This document shows, piece after piece, positions 1-9,970 of a DNA stretch of 64,000 nucleotides. Location of the stretch: the NCBI GenBank assembly GCA_011364905.1, contig RDNZ01000008.1, positions 1-64,000 on the forward strand, written 5' to 3'. Position numbers and translations under genes: made by a program. The notes under the pieces were generated by a model. The model searched no databases. It was not told where the DNA came from and was given only the letters and a program-made list of their open reading frames with translations. The DNA comes from Candidatus Thorarchaeota archaeon (lineage in GTDB: Archaea > Asgardarchaeota > Thorarchaeia > Thorarchaeales > Thorarchaeaceae). Within the stretch, counting starts at the first letter, position 1. Every line of letters starts with the position of its first letter.

Positions 1-1440
1 TTTCATTCTCCAAGACGCCTCCCAGATCACCTGGCATCGGTGTATCGACCAATTCCCGGCACCTCAGACGACAGCGTAAGGAGTATGCTGGAGTGCCAAA
101 CAGACGGGGAGGTATACATTGGAGACCTACAGGTTGGCGAAACTACTCTCGATGTACCAATCAAGATTCCCTCGAAGTTTCTGCCTATGCATGTGGGCAT
201 CTTTGGCTCTACAGGAGCTGGAAAGAGCAATCTGATGATGGTACTCATCAAGTCAGTCATTGACAATAACTTGAATACATTCAGAAATCCAAGAGATGAC
301 TCGCAAAAAGTGTCTGCTTTCTGCATTGATCCTCATGATGAGTTTGCAAAGGGTGTTGACAAATATGGAATTCAGCATATCGTTGATGACATGAGTGCTT
401 CAACACGAAAAGAGGTCATTGGAGACTTCTACTATCTTACCACGCATAAGAAAGCCACGACCAGGGACATTCGGAAATACGCTCAGGAAATCAGAATCCT
501 CTGGTCTGAGATTCAGCCGCGAGATCTGTACTCAATACGTGAGTTCACTGCAGAGATGACTTCATTCATCGACTCTCAATATTCTAAACATGACGAGGAT
601 TGGATAACTTCAATTCTTAATATGAATGAGGATGATGCTGATACTGCAAATGTTCAGAAAGGTACACTTAGGGCTGTGAAACGTAGACTCAACTTCCTCA
701 AAAGGTCACCAATCTATATTGAAACTGGAAACTCGATTCTTGGAGATATTTTCGTAGCAATGGAAACTGGAAGAATCCTTGTCGTGAATACAAGCCTAAT
801 GAGTGACAGGGAGCAATTCCTCCTTACAACTGTAGTCACGCGAACATTGTCTGATATGAGACGAGCTCTCAAGAGCAGCGGAAATCTAGGCGATTTCGAG
901 CGTCAAGGCCAAATGAGACTGCCCCAATCATTCTTCAAGAGGGTGAAATCTAAGGCACGAGCTTTCTATGGTTATGGCGGAGTTGCTGACGATACACCCG
1001 TACAGGATCCCAAACTACTTCCTGTGATTCAAGTGACTGTTGAGGAAGCACCATCAATTCTCAATCCTGAGTTGATGCGTGGTCAATCTGTATTCAAAGA
1101 CATTTCACGCCAAGGCCGGAAGTTCAACATCGGTTTGCTTGTTGTGAGCCAGCAGGTAAGCGTTCTTGACAATGTCATTCTAAGTCAAATGAACACGGAG
1201 ATTAATCTAAGGTTAGGCAATGAACGTGAGATTCGTGCTTGTATTGAGAACGCGAGTGTAAATATCTCAGGTTTTGAAAATGAGTTTCGGGTCATGTCAA
1301 GAGGAGAAGCTATAGTAACCCAGTCGTATAGAGAGCTTCCACTGCCAGTAAAAATTCCTCTATTTGATGATATTTATGAACGAGATAGACCCAGTTACAA
1401 AGACAAGGATTCAAAGAAAAGCGAAGAACACATTCTCTGA
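1..1440 (+). CDS. herA: HerA-family bipolar DNA helicase/ATPase (5' end outside window)
   Basis: Frame is open from base 1 (FHSPRRLPDHLASVYRP). Walker A GSTGAGKS, IDPHDE, Walker B VTVEEAP, QGRKFNIGL-SQQ motif. Directly upstream of mre11-rad50. Confidence 0.9.
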   Translation, partial: FHSPRRLPDHLASVYRPIPGTSDDSVRSMLECQTDGEVYIGDLQVGETTLDVPIKIPSKFLPMHVGIFGSTGAGKSNLMMVLIKSVIDNNLNTFRNPRDDSQKVSAFCIDPHDEFAKGVDKYGIQHIVDDMSASTRKEVIGDFYYLTTHKKATTRDIRKYAQEIRILWSEIQPRDLYSIREFTAEMTSFIDSQYSKHDEDWITSILNMNEDDADTANVQKGTLRAVKRRLNFLKRSPIYIETGNSILGDIFVAMETGRILVVNTSLMSDREQFLLTTVVTRTLSDMRRALKSSGNLGDFERQGQMRLPQSFFKRVKSKARAFYGYGGVADDTPVQDPKLLPVIQVTVEEAPSILNPELMRGQSVFKDISRQGRKFNIGLLVVSQQVSVLDNVILSQMNTEINLRLGNEREIRACIENASVNISGFENEFRVMSRGEAIVTQSYRELPLPVKIPLFDDIYERDRPSYKDKDSKKSEEHIL

Positions 1441-1450
1441 GGATAGGTAA

Positions 1451-2761
1451 ATGAAAGCAAGAATCGCTCATATCTCAGATACTCACCTCGGCACACGACC
1501 TAGAGATGGTGTAAAACCCAATGTTTGGGGAGAGGAGATGCGGTCTCAACTCCTTGAGAATGACTTCTATGAGCGTTTCCGAGAGATCTTTGAAGCAATC
1601 GCACAGATTGACCCGCCAGTTGACCTCGTTGTTCACTCTGGCGATTTGTACAACTCCCCGTGGGAGGGCAATCCTTCACAGCCTCCTGTTGTCGCGCAAG
1701 AGACCGCTATTACTGTCCTTCAAAACTTCATAGAGAAAACAGGAATTCCGGTTCTCATTATAGAGGGTAATCACGGGTTGTATAGACTGCTGGAGGTCTC
1801 TCTCCTAGACAGTCTGAAACTTGCTGTACCAGGTCTCGATGTTGCGACACAGCAAGACTTGAAACACGCTGTGAGAGATGAAGAGCCACTTGTTTACTCC
1901 TATGAGAAATTGGATGTCTACTGTTTTCCTTTCATGGATGCTGCTGTTCTTAGGTCTGCAAACCTGACTGACCGTTTTGATGACTGGATCACCACCCACC
2001 AAAGTCGTGTGAGAACAAGACCCTCAATAGCCGTAGCTCATGGTATGGAGATTGACCAGAGTTTGTTCAAGAGCATCTTTGCAATGGACTATGACTACAT
2101 AGCATTGGGACACGACCATCATCAGCATCAACAATCAAAGAAAGCATGGTATGCGGGGGCTCCCGAACGATGGAGATTCGACGAAACTCGTCATGACAAG
2201 GGGTTTCTTGTGGTTGATGTTGAAGCTGGGTCAGAGCCAGTGGTGTCGCCACATATTCTTGAATACAAAAGAATTGTAGTCAACGAAATGATTACGATTG
2301 ATGTTGATGACACGGTTGAATCAGTTTCAGACAAGGTGCTGGCGCTATTTGATGATAAGGGGCTCAAGGCACCATGGGATCCTGAAACTGCTGCGCGAGT
2401 CCGTCTTGTTTTTGAAGGGAAAGCAACACGCGTGAACTCCTTCGATTTAGGGATTGCTCTTGAGGCTCTAAGAATAAAGATTCTATCAACGGAATCGGAA
2501 TACAATGTTGTACAGTTCTTTTGGAATGTTCGTCAATCGGTCGATGAAGAATTTGTTGCGGCTTCATACCCTGAGATTGAGTCAGAATACCTCATCCAGG
2601 ATCCAGAAGAAGACTTCCGCGCCTATCTTGAAACTCTAGAGATTGACAAGACAATGAATACCGACTTGCTCACAAAAATCGCTGTTCGTTCGCTTGAACA
2701 CGCAGTGGGAAAAAAGCAGGGTCGACTGAACACCGAATCAATCAGGATGGATGACGAATGA
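1451..2761 (+). CDS. mre11: Mre11/SbcD double-strand-break repair nuclease
   Basis: Phosphoesterase motifs HISDTHLG, HSGDLY, GNH, AHG, LGHDH. ATGA overlap with rad50. Confidence 0.92.
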   Translation: MKARIAHISDTHLGTRPRDGVKPNVWGEEMRSQLLENDFYERFREIFEAIAQIDPPVDLVVHSGDLYNSPWEGNPSQPPVVAQETAITVLQNFIEKTGIPVLIIEGNHGLYRLLEVSLLDSLKLAVPGLDVATQQDLKHAVRDEEPLVYSYEKLDVYCFPFMDAAVLRSANLTDRFDDWITTHQSRVRTRPSIAVAHGMEIDQSLFKSIFAMDYDYIALGHDHHQHQQSKKAWYAGAPERWRFDETRHDKGFLVVDVEAGSEPVVSPHILEYKRIVVNEMITIDVDDTVESVSDKVLALFDDKGLKAPWDPETAARVRLVFEGKATRVNSFDLGIALEALRIKILSTESEYNVVQFFWNVRQSVDEEFVAASYPEIESEYLIQDPEEDFRAYLETLEIDKTMNTDLLTKIAVRSLEHAVGKKQGRLNTESIRMDDE

Positions 2762-4836
2762 AGATTCTCCAGTTGAAGATTCGCAGCTTCAAGCCATTCA
2801 GCAATCTCATGTTACCAAATGGTGATTCCATTCTTCCCGAAGGACTCATCCTGATACGAGGTCCAAACTCTACAGGAAAGTCTTCTCTCTTCGAAGCCAT
2901 TCTATGGGGCCTGTGGGGCGCAGATTCGGTTGACCTCACCAATGATGAACTCATTAACTTCAGGTCGACATCTTGCCAGGTAGTCCTTACGTTCGAAGTT
3001 GCGGGGGCTCAATACAAAATCGATCGGTCTTACGATCCTGCAAACGGAATGGCTGTTGTGCTGTTCTTAAAACGAGAAGGTGCATGGAAACGTATCGCCG
3101 ACAAAAGCAAATCTGTCAGCTCAAAACTTGATGAGATTCTAAGCCTTGAACTCAGGCAGGCATTGAACACCTTACTGGTCCGACAAGGAGAGGTTGCAGT
3201 AATTGCTAATGCCACTCCATCTGTCTTGAGAGACCTATTGGTCAAAGTCTATGACATCAATCTCCTCAACCAAATGTCAAGTCATCTTGAAAGCCTTGAG
3301 AAAGATGTTGAATCGAGAATCAATGCACTTGAAACTGACTACGTCAAGCCTGACCAGATTGAATCAGAGATTAAAGAATGTGACACTCGAATTGAACGAT
3401 TCAAAACCAGCTTGGATGAAAAACGGAAGGAGGTCAAATCTGGAGAAAAGCTTCTCCAGGGAATGCCTGATACAGCTTCATTGAGGACTATTCATGAGCT
3501 TCTTACAAAAATAGATCAACTGCATCGCGAAGTTGAATTGAAACAGGAAGCCCTGAAAGAGGATCTTTTGCAAGCCGGAGTCGTTGATGCTAGTGCAAGT
3601 ATTCTGAATGCTCGATTGGATGCACTTGAGAAGGGAAAGAAGCGTATTGACCGAGAGCGGATTGATCTCAAGAGTAAGGTACAATCCATTGATCGCGAAA
3701 TCGGGTTGATAGTCGGTACAAGACACGACCTCGAAGAAAAGATTCGCACCCTAAAGGAAGTGGGCACTGATGAAACCGTTGAATGTCCAACATGTTCGAA
3801 ACCTCTGTCTTTAGAGGACAGAACTAGACTAATCTCCGAGTATGAAAAAACAATCAAGGGAGGAACTGTCAAAAGAAAGGAGCTTGAAGATACTCAAAGG
3901 AAACTGAATTCCACGAGCATTGATCTGGAAGACCAGCTCTCTAGAATGTCGAAGAGTGAAGACGCTGCAAAGAGGGTAAGCCAAGGACAAAAGAGAGTCG
4001 ACCAATCTAAAGAAGAAGCAGATGCAGTAGATGAAGAACTCGCGAACGCGTTAAAACGACATGGAATCAAAGACATCAACATCCTACTGAAGAAGTACAA
4101 TATGGCGAACGTTTTAGATCTGCAGAGGAAAGTTGGCAATTTAGAGACAAATTTGAAAGCTCTACAGGATAGTATGCTCGAAGGAGAAGAGAATATTCAG
4201 AGCGAACAAGATAGAATCACAGAACTCAAAGGCAAGAAAGCGGAAATGGAAAAGGTCGGAGCTGAGATTGCAGAACTCGAGAACATGAATGAACACGCCA
4301 AATATGTTCGGAGACGACTTGTCAATGGCTTTGTCGCTGATTACGTGTTTCAGAAACGTCTGCTTGGTATCATCAGAGGGGCCACCAATCCATACGTAAA
4401 GGCCTTCACCAATGGCCAATACACAGCAATTGATTTGGAACCAACACCTGCGAAAGGTCGTTCCGGTGCTGGTTTGGTCCTTCGAATCTGGGATGAGCGG
4501 GATCAAGCATGGAAAAAGACATCTCAATTAAGTTATGGTGACAGGACCGCTATTAGCCTCGCACTTAGGTTGGGAATCAGCCGCACGATGAGCAGTATTC
4601 GTCCACTCAAAGACAGTCCTGTGGTGACACCTCGGGTCCGTTCTGTACTTCTCGATGAGCCCCTCGGAGGACTGGACCGGAGCAGACGTGAGGCTGTTGT
4701 AAGGAACCTCATTAATGACCAAAGTTTTGAACAGATTCTCCTCATAACCCACACCGATGTCCAAGGTTGGGAGGGAGTTCCTGTCATCGATGTTTCAAAA
4801 ACTGGGACATCCAGCAATGCAGTCCTCGAAATGTGA
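2758..4836 (+). CDS. rad50: Rad50/SbcC ATPase
   Basis: Walker A GPNSTGKSS, Q-loop VRQGE, central CPTC zinc hook between coiled coils, signature LSYGD, Walker B VLLDEP, H-switch ITH. Confidence 0.92.
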   Translation: MKILQLKIRSFKPFSNLMLPNGDSILPEGLILIRGPNSTGKSSLFEAILWGLWGADSVDLTNDELINFRSTSCQVVLTFEVAGAQYKIDRSYDPANGMAVVLFLKREGAWKRIADKSKSVSSKLDEILSLELRQALNTLLVRQGEVAVIANATPSVLRDLLVKVYDINLLNQMSSHLESLEKDVESRINALETDYVKPDQIESEIKECDTRIERFKTSLDEKRKEVKSGEKLLQGMPDTASLRTIHELLTKIDQLHREVELKQEALKEDLLQAGVVDASASILNARLDALEKGKKRIDRERIDLKSKVQSIDREIGLIVGTRHDLEEKIRTLKEVGTDETVECPTCSKPLSLEDRTRLISEYEKTIKGGTVKRKELEDTQRKLNSTSIDLEDQLSRMSKSEDAAKRVSQGQKRVDQSKEEADAVDEELANALKRHGIKDINILLKKYNMANVLDLQRKVGNLETNLKALQDSMLEGEENIQSEQDRITELKGKKAEMEKVGAEIAELENMNEHAKYVRRRLVNGFVADYVFQKRLLGIIRGATNPYVKAFTNGQYTAIDLEPTPAKGRSGAGLVLRIWDERDQAWKKTSQLSYGDRTAISLALRLGISRTMSSIRPLKDSPVVTPRVRSVLLDEPLGGLDRSRREAVVRNLINDQSFEQILLITHTDVQGWEGVPVIDVSKTGTSSNAVLEM

Positions 4837-4890
4837 ACGACGCACAGCGTTGGAACATATATTAATCAGTGAATAACCTTCGATGTCATT

Positions 4891-7197
4891 ATGTGTCCCC
4901 TCGAGAATAGCCGCAAGCGTTTTCGACTCTTTGAGCGTAAAGTCGACAGATGGCTTCTTCGAGTGGGTCAAAAGGTTGCTAGATCACTAATAGAGAATCG
5001 ATTGCTCATTTGTGTACTCTTGATTGGATTCATTGTCTGGGCAATCGTCTTCAACACCGCAGTCATTGACTATACGAACTCCAGTGCTTGGACTTCTCGA
5101 ACGGCTTGGCTAGGCCCATTTCCTGGACCTGGCACGGTTCAGGTATTTGGATATACAATCCCGTATCAAATTGAAGGATACAGTGACTATTCTTTCTACT
5201 ATGTTCACTGGGGATACAACTCTCTCTATGGAGTCATGCCCTATTCTCCCGATTACGGCGTATTGACGCTGGATGGTATAACAAATAAGAATGGGGCTTT
5301 CCTGTTTCCTCCTTTCACCTCCTACTTTTACGCCGCAGGAATTGCTCTTGGTAATTTAATGGGCTGGGAGAACTGGGGGATTGGTCTCCTGATTGCGGCC
5401 CTTGGATATTTGACGGCTCTACCTGTCTATGGGATTGCCAAGGAGTTGTCATCTAACAGACGTGTAGGAGAAGCGGCAGCCTTGACATACTTGCTAAATC
5501 CTTTGATGCTTTACCATACTGATTTTCTGTGGTTTAATCCAGCTCCATTCGTCTTCTTTTTCTTCGCTGGATTTTATATGCTGGTTCGTGGACATCGGCT
5601 TTCAGGAACCCTACTCATAGTGTCTGCGGCGTTGTTCAAACAGACTGCTTGGTTTCTAGGGATTCCTCTTGTTGTGTATCTCTTGGTTAAACCACGGGTG
5701 AGGAGGACCGCAAATGATGATGAAACAGAGTCGAGTACAAAGGGTATCGATGAAGACAAGAAAGAGCGCAGTTTTGGCGAGAAGATCACCTATTTCCTAC
5801 AGCCTTTCGCCGATTATTTTGATTTCAGGAATTTCTTGATCAGCGTTGTTGTAGTACTCATCTTTGTGGGGGCAGTCATGCTTCCATACTTAATTGCTCA
5901 GCCGGGTTTCTGGAACTACTGGCGACTCGCACTAGGTTCATTCTCTTTTGAAGGCAATTACACCGACCCGCCACCTTACAATGTCCCGATGAGAATACAG
6001 GTTTTGGCCATTATTGCAGGAAAACCTGAGCTTGCAAAACTGCTTGATACAATCATTGTTTCTGGTGGTCCGCTTGGATTCGGAGTTGTACTGTGTGCTG
6101 GAATGATGGTGCTCAAGGACAAGTTTATTGGAGAAGAGAAGTTGTACTTCCGTCGCATTCTGTTTATGACTCTCCTCCTGCTCTTGATTGTCACGATATT
6201 GGGTCCAAGAGGAGTTTTCAAGTACTACTTCGTTATGCTAATGCCATTCTTCTCCATATTCTCTTCAGCAAGAATGATTAGAGGAACAGAAGAACACATA
6301 CCCTTCTCAGCATCGATGGTGTGGTTACCAATCACCTTTACGCTTTTGATATTAATTCCTGATCGAAATATCTACTTGGCTTACGTTCTTCTCATCTTCT
6401 TTGGGTATCTTCTAGCTCCACTTTTTGACAGACTATACCATATCGCTAAGTCCCCGTTCAGATACATCCGGAAACAGACTCGGAAGATGAGTAACATCGT
6501 CTGGACTCCCTTAACAGCTGAGGAAGACCTTACTCACTTTTCCAGAAGGCGGTCGCTTGCAAACATCGGCGTTCAAGTATTTACTCTTGGACTTGGATTA
6601 AGTCTCATCTTGTTTGGATGGTGGAGTGTACAAATGGCAATTGCTGTAGACATTGTCACTGGCCTCGAAGTGATTCTCTTTTTCAGCGCAGCTTTTGTAA
6701 TGGGATTCCAACTTTTATCAATCGCCTTGAGTTTTGGTTTAGAGAGTGAACTAAGGCTGACTTACTTGAATAGTAGGCTACATGAATTCTCCTTACTTGC
6801 AGCAGTAATACTCTGGGTTTACAACATTCTTACGTACTTTCAAAGTTGGCCAATCGATATAGCTCCTGAAAGGCAGTTGCTTGTTCTGTCAAGTGTCTTT
6901 GTTTCAATCTGGACAGCATCCCTATTAGTGGATCAGAGTAACAAAACCAGGATACTAACTGATGGTATGCTGCTTGGCGGATTAGGGGTAAGCCTATTTA
7001 TTTGGCATGCTTTGAGTAACCCCAACATCTTCTTCCTTGGAGGCATAGGATTCATTGCTATTGTGGTCCATCTTCTATTTGTCCTAGTCCATTATTCTGA
7101 TAGGAACATCGTGGATCAGTTGAGAGAAGAGCGGGCTACACAGCTTGCAGACGCAAGTTCAGATTTCAGTCAAAAAGGCGGAATGGCTAGTGAGTGA
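4891..7197 (+). CDS. GT-C fold multi-pass membrane glycosyltransferase (GT87/PIG-M-like) with extra C-terminal TM block
   Basis: Many TM helices. Luminal EGYSDYxxYY loop, G..PY, FPP, LLNP, FKQ and KYY motifs typical of lipid-phosphate-sugar-dependent GT-C enzymes. Confidence 0.7.
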   Translation: MCPLENSRKRFRLFERKVDRWLLRVGQKVARSLIENRLLICVLLIGFIVWAIVFNTAVIDYTNSSAWTSRTAWLGPFPGPGTVQVFGYTIPYQIEGYSDYSFYYVHWGYNSLYGVMPYSPDYGVLTLDGITNKNGAFLFPPFTSYFYAAGIALGNLMGWENWGIGLLIAALGYLTALPVYGIAKELSSNRRVGEAAALTYLLNPLMLYHTDFLWFNPAPFVFFFFAGFYMLVRGHRLSGTLLIVSAALFKQTAWFLGIPLVVYLLVKPRVRRTANDDETESSTKGIDEDKKERSFGEKITYFLQPFADYFDFRNFLISVVVVLIFVGAVMLPYLIAQPGFWNYWRLALGSFSFEGNYTDPPPYNVPMRIQVLAIIAGKPELAKLLDTIIVSGGPLGFGVVLCAGMMVLKDKFIGEEKLYFRRILFMTLLLLLIVTILGPRGVFKYYFVMLMPFFSIFSSARMIRGTEEHIPFSASMVWLPITFTLLILIPDRNIYLAYVLLIFFGYLLAPLFDRLYHIAKSPFRYIRKQTRKMSNIVWTPLTAEEDLTHFSRRRSLANIGVQVFTLGLGLSLILFGWWSVQMAIAVDIVTGLEVILFFSAAFVMGFQLLSIALSFGLESELRLTYLNSRLHEFSLLAAVILWVYNILTYFQSWPIDIAPERQLLVLSSVFVSIWTASLLVDQSNKTRILTDGMLLGGLGVSLFIWHALSNPNIFFLGGIGFIAIVVHLLFVLVHYSDRNIVDQLREERATQLADASSDFSQKGGMASE

Positions 7198-8656
7198 GAC
7201 GCGCAGTGATTTTTCCTCCCGGTTGAAGGGTTTTCTCCGCTCAAACACAGTGCTAGTTGCGATTGTGTCAGTTGCTGCAGCTGTTTGGATCGTGGTGTTT
7301 TGTCAAGCTGTGTCTGACTACATCTTGATGCAGACATGGACTGGCACGGGGCAGTTCAACCTCTTTGGCTTTACAGTTCATGTGCAGTTTGAAGGTTGGG
7401 CTGACTATACATACTACTATCGGACTTGGGGGAATCAGTTTCTCAGCGGATACACACCATACACAAACCTCTTCGATTATCCGACACCTGATCATTATTC
7501 CCCTTACTTTTTCCCTCCACTTTACGTGTATTTATGCGCCTTGGGAAACCTTCTCCCGTTTGGCCCCTTTGGAATCGCAGTTCTACTCTGTCTTTTTGGC
7601 TTTGCCACTGCATTCCCGATTTATGGGATTGCCAACTATTTGTCGCAAAATAAGCATGTGGGGGAAATTGCTACTGCGACATACCTCTTGAATCCATTGA
7701 TCCTATTTCACGTGACTTATGACTGGTTGAATCCTGCGCCTTTCGTGTTCTTTATGATGTTGTCCTTCTATCTCATCATGAAACAACGACGTCTATCCGG
7801 AACTCTGGCCATGGTAACTGCAGCTCTTTTCAAACAGACTGCTTTCTTCCTAGCGCTCCCATTGATTGCTTATCTCATCAGAGTGCCTCCCTCGAAGGAA
7901 ATACCCAATTTAGAAGACGCAGAAACCAAGGATGCTGATGAAATGGTTCCAGCAGACCAACTTGATGTTCGAGGTTTTCTCAAGTTGTCGATGATTGTCA
8001 TCGTGTTTGTTGTCGCCCTCTCTATTCCATATATTCTGGATTTTGGAAACTATGCATTTCACATCTTTCTCAAACCCGGATCAGTTTTCTTGAAGGATGT
8101 CACGACTCTTCCCCCTTCAAATTCACCAATTACTTTCGCAGTGTTCTTGATGGTCCTTGGCGCACCAAAGGTATTGATTCAGCTCGTGAACATAGCGACA
8201 TCATACTCCCTACTCCTGCTCATTGGGGTTGTCTTTCTATTTATACCGATGCTTCTTGAAGCGAAAGATGACCGAAATCTTCCAAGCTATTGGCGCAGGA
8301 TGCTTTTTCTCACACTATTGCTGATGTTAACAGTCCATATCTTCTCGCCCCGAGGAATCTACAAGTACTACCTTGTTGCCCTCATACCTTTCTTCTCGAT
8401 TTTATCCTGCGAAAGAATGGTCTCTCGTGGTGTAGGGGAAATTTCTGCGTCACTCTCAATGATCATCAATCCACTTCTAATCACTTTGATAATTCTCATG
8501 CCCAGTCGTCTTGTATACGTTGGCCTCCTTCTCATGGTGCTGGCTGCCTACGTCGCTCACGAGCCGTTTGGTTTAATCTACAGCCTCATCGAGGAGCCGC
8601 TTTCTCATCTACGAATGCGAATCAAATCTGGAAGGTTTTCAAAAGGCCCCCTGTAA
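7190..8656 (+). CDS. GT-C fold membrane glycosyltransferase, tandem paralog of upstream gene
   Basis: Same motifs (EGWADYTYYY, GYTPY, FPP, YLLNP, NPAPFVFF, ALFKQTA, PRG.YKYY). Likely GTG start at 7190 overlapping the upstream stop. Confidence 0.72.
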   Translation: MSETRSDFSSRLKGFLRSNTVLVAIVSVAAAVWIVVFCQAVSDYILMQTWTGTGQFNLFGFTVHVQFEGWADYTYYYRTWGNQFLSGYTPYTNLFDYPTPDHYSPYFFPPLYVYLCALGNLLPFGPFGIAVLLCLFGFATAFPIYGIANYLSQNKHVGEIATATYLLNPLILFHVTYDWLNPAPFVFFMMLSFYLIMKQRRLSGTLAMVTAALFKQTAFFLALPLIAYLIRVPPSKEIPNLEDAETKDADEMVPADQLDVRGFLKLSMIVIVFVVALSIPYILDFGNYAFHIFLKPGSVFLKDVTTLPPSNSPITFAVFLMVLGAPKVLIQLVNIATSYSLLLLIGVVFLFIPMLLEAKDDRNLPSYWRRMLFLTLLLMLTVHIFSPRGIYKYYLVALIPFFSILSCERMVSRGVGEISASLSMIINPLLITLIILMPSRLVYVGLLLMVLAAYVAHEPFGLIYSLIEEPLSHLRMRIKSGRFSKGPL

Positions 8657-8661
8657 TAGCT

Positions 8662-9852
8662 TCATGATTGCTCTACCAGGGACTCTAGTTCTTTCTCCTT
8701 ACCATCAATTCTCGCTTTGAGAGTTTCAATCTGGTCTTCTAGCTTTGCTACTTGTTCGTTGTATGTTTCATCAGGCATTGCTCCCGATGTGTGTCTTTGT
8801 TCAATATGCCTGCGTAATTCCTCAACAGATTTCATTTCCTTCTTGAGGGCTTTCAGGTCTCCTTGTAAGGAAGATGTCCTGCTTTCATCTGCTGTCTTAA
8901 ACTGTTTAGCCGGTATCATTACACCCAGTTGTTGTTGTGTCTTTTCAGCGAAATCTTGGAATTGGTTACGCAGCATCTCGATGTTATTGTCGACATTAGT
9001 GACCTCTTCCTGCACCTTTGCAATGTCCTTCTGCAGATCAAATACGGCATTGACGAGGCGTTTCAAAGTCTTCTCAAATTCCGCTTCTACCATTGATTCT
9101 TCTGCAGGTTTTTCTACTTCTTTTCCTTTCCTCTCAGCTTTCTCCTGCTCCTTGACGATTGCACTGGGCTTAGCCATCAGGAGTTCTCCCGTTAGCCATT
9201 TGAAAGAACTCAGAGCGAATCTTGCATTACCCTTATGCTTTAGACCGCCTCCCCTTCTAAAGACCTCATAGCTGCCGATACACATGACTTTGCCTTTACC
9301 AATCTCTGCAATGGCCACAATTGGGGCTTTTCCTGGTTCTGCTGTGGCCGACGTAGTAGCCAGTGCTTGAGCTTTCCCCGAAATCTTAAGACTACACGCG
9401 GACGGAATAAGGAGGTCTGCGACATCCTCTGTTGCAGGATGAGCAACAACATCCGTGATGATCGGCATAGTTGGGAGTCCTGCATTGCTTCGTTCGTCCT
9501 TCACAGCTGTATTCTCGAATGTTATCCCAAATTCGCCAGATATTTTCGACATATTATTCATGAGTCCGCGGTCCCCTCCAGAGAGAGAGAGGAGCAACAA
9601 ACTACCGCCTTCTTGCACATATTTCTGAAGAACATCAATCTCTGCTGGTCTTACCTTTGAACTGTTGGGGCAACCAAAAACAAGAACATCTACATCTTTG
9701 AGATTCTTGGCTAGAATCATGAACTCGGTATATGCTTCCACATCGAAATCATTGTCACGAAGCATTTGTCCGAGTTCAGAGTATGTACTCTCTAGTCTAC
9801 CACGTTCATTCTGGGTCTGGTCAAAGAGGATTTTCTTTCTCCTTCCGCTCAA
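8662..9852 (-). CDS. GIFT (IFT52/GldG/DUF4350-like) domain + coiled coil + C-terminal helical hairpin protein
   Basis: N-terminal KILFD..., L+DVDVLVFG.P, EIDVLQKYV.EGG, GG...NNM...EFGI, GKV..IGS..F, F.WL pattern. Heptad-rich C-terminal third. No signal peptide. Confidence 0.7.
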   Translation of the reverse strand: MSGRRKKILFDQTQNERGRLESTYSELGQMLRDNDFDVEAYTEFMILAKNLKDVDVLVFGCPNSSKVRPAEIDVLQKYVQEGGSLLLLSLSGGDRGLMNNMSKISGEFGITFENTAVKDERSNAGLPTMPIITDVVAHPATEDVADLLIPSACSLKISGKAQALATTSATAEPGKAPIVAIAEIGKGKVMCIGSYEVFRRGGGLKHKGNARFALSSFKWLTGELLMAKPSAIVKEQEKAERKGKEVEKPAEESMVEAEFEKTLKRLVNAVFDLQKDIAKVQEEVTNVDNNIEMLRNQFQDFAEKTQQQLGVMIPAKQFKTADESRTSSLQGDLKALKKEMKSVEELRRHIEQRHTSGAMPDETYNEQVAKLEDQIETLKARIDGKEKELESLVEQS

Positions 9853-9970
9853 CTGAATACACCCATATCAACCGTTTCTCGTCAATTCAGGAAAGAAGCG
9901 TTAATAGTACTTCCGTAGATGAGCTCATTCATTCGAATGTTTTATCTCAGTGTAGTGTAACAAAGACAGT

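Noticed and set aside
1-4836. HerA as an anti-phage (Sir2-HerA/Nezha-type) defence system
   Set aside because: The context is the standard archaeal herA-mre11-rad50 repair operon.
8717-9271. 184-aa antisense ORF and many other 60-150-aa shadow ORFs (e.g. 31571-32035, 17720-18148, 28931-29335)
   Set aside because: They lie opposite or within well-supported genes, have Ser-rich compositions typical of antisense frames of Glu/Lys-rich proteins, and show no motifs.
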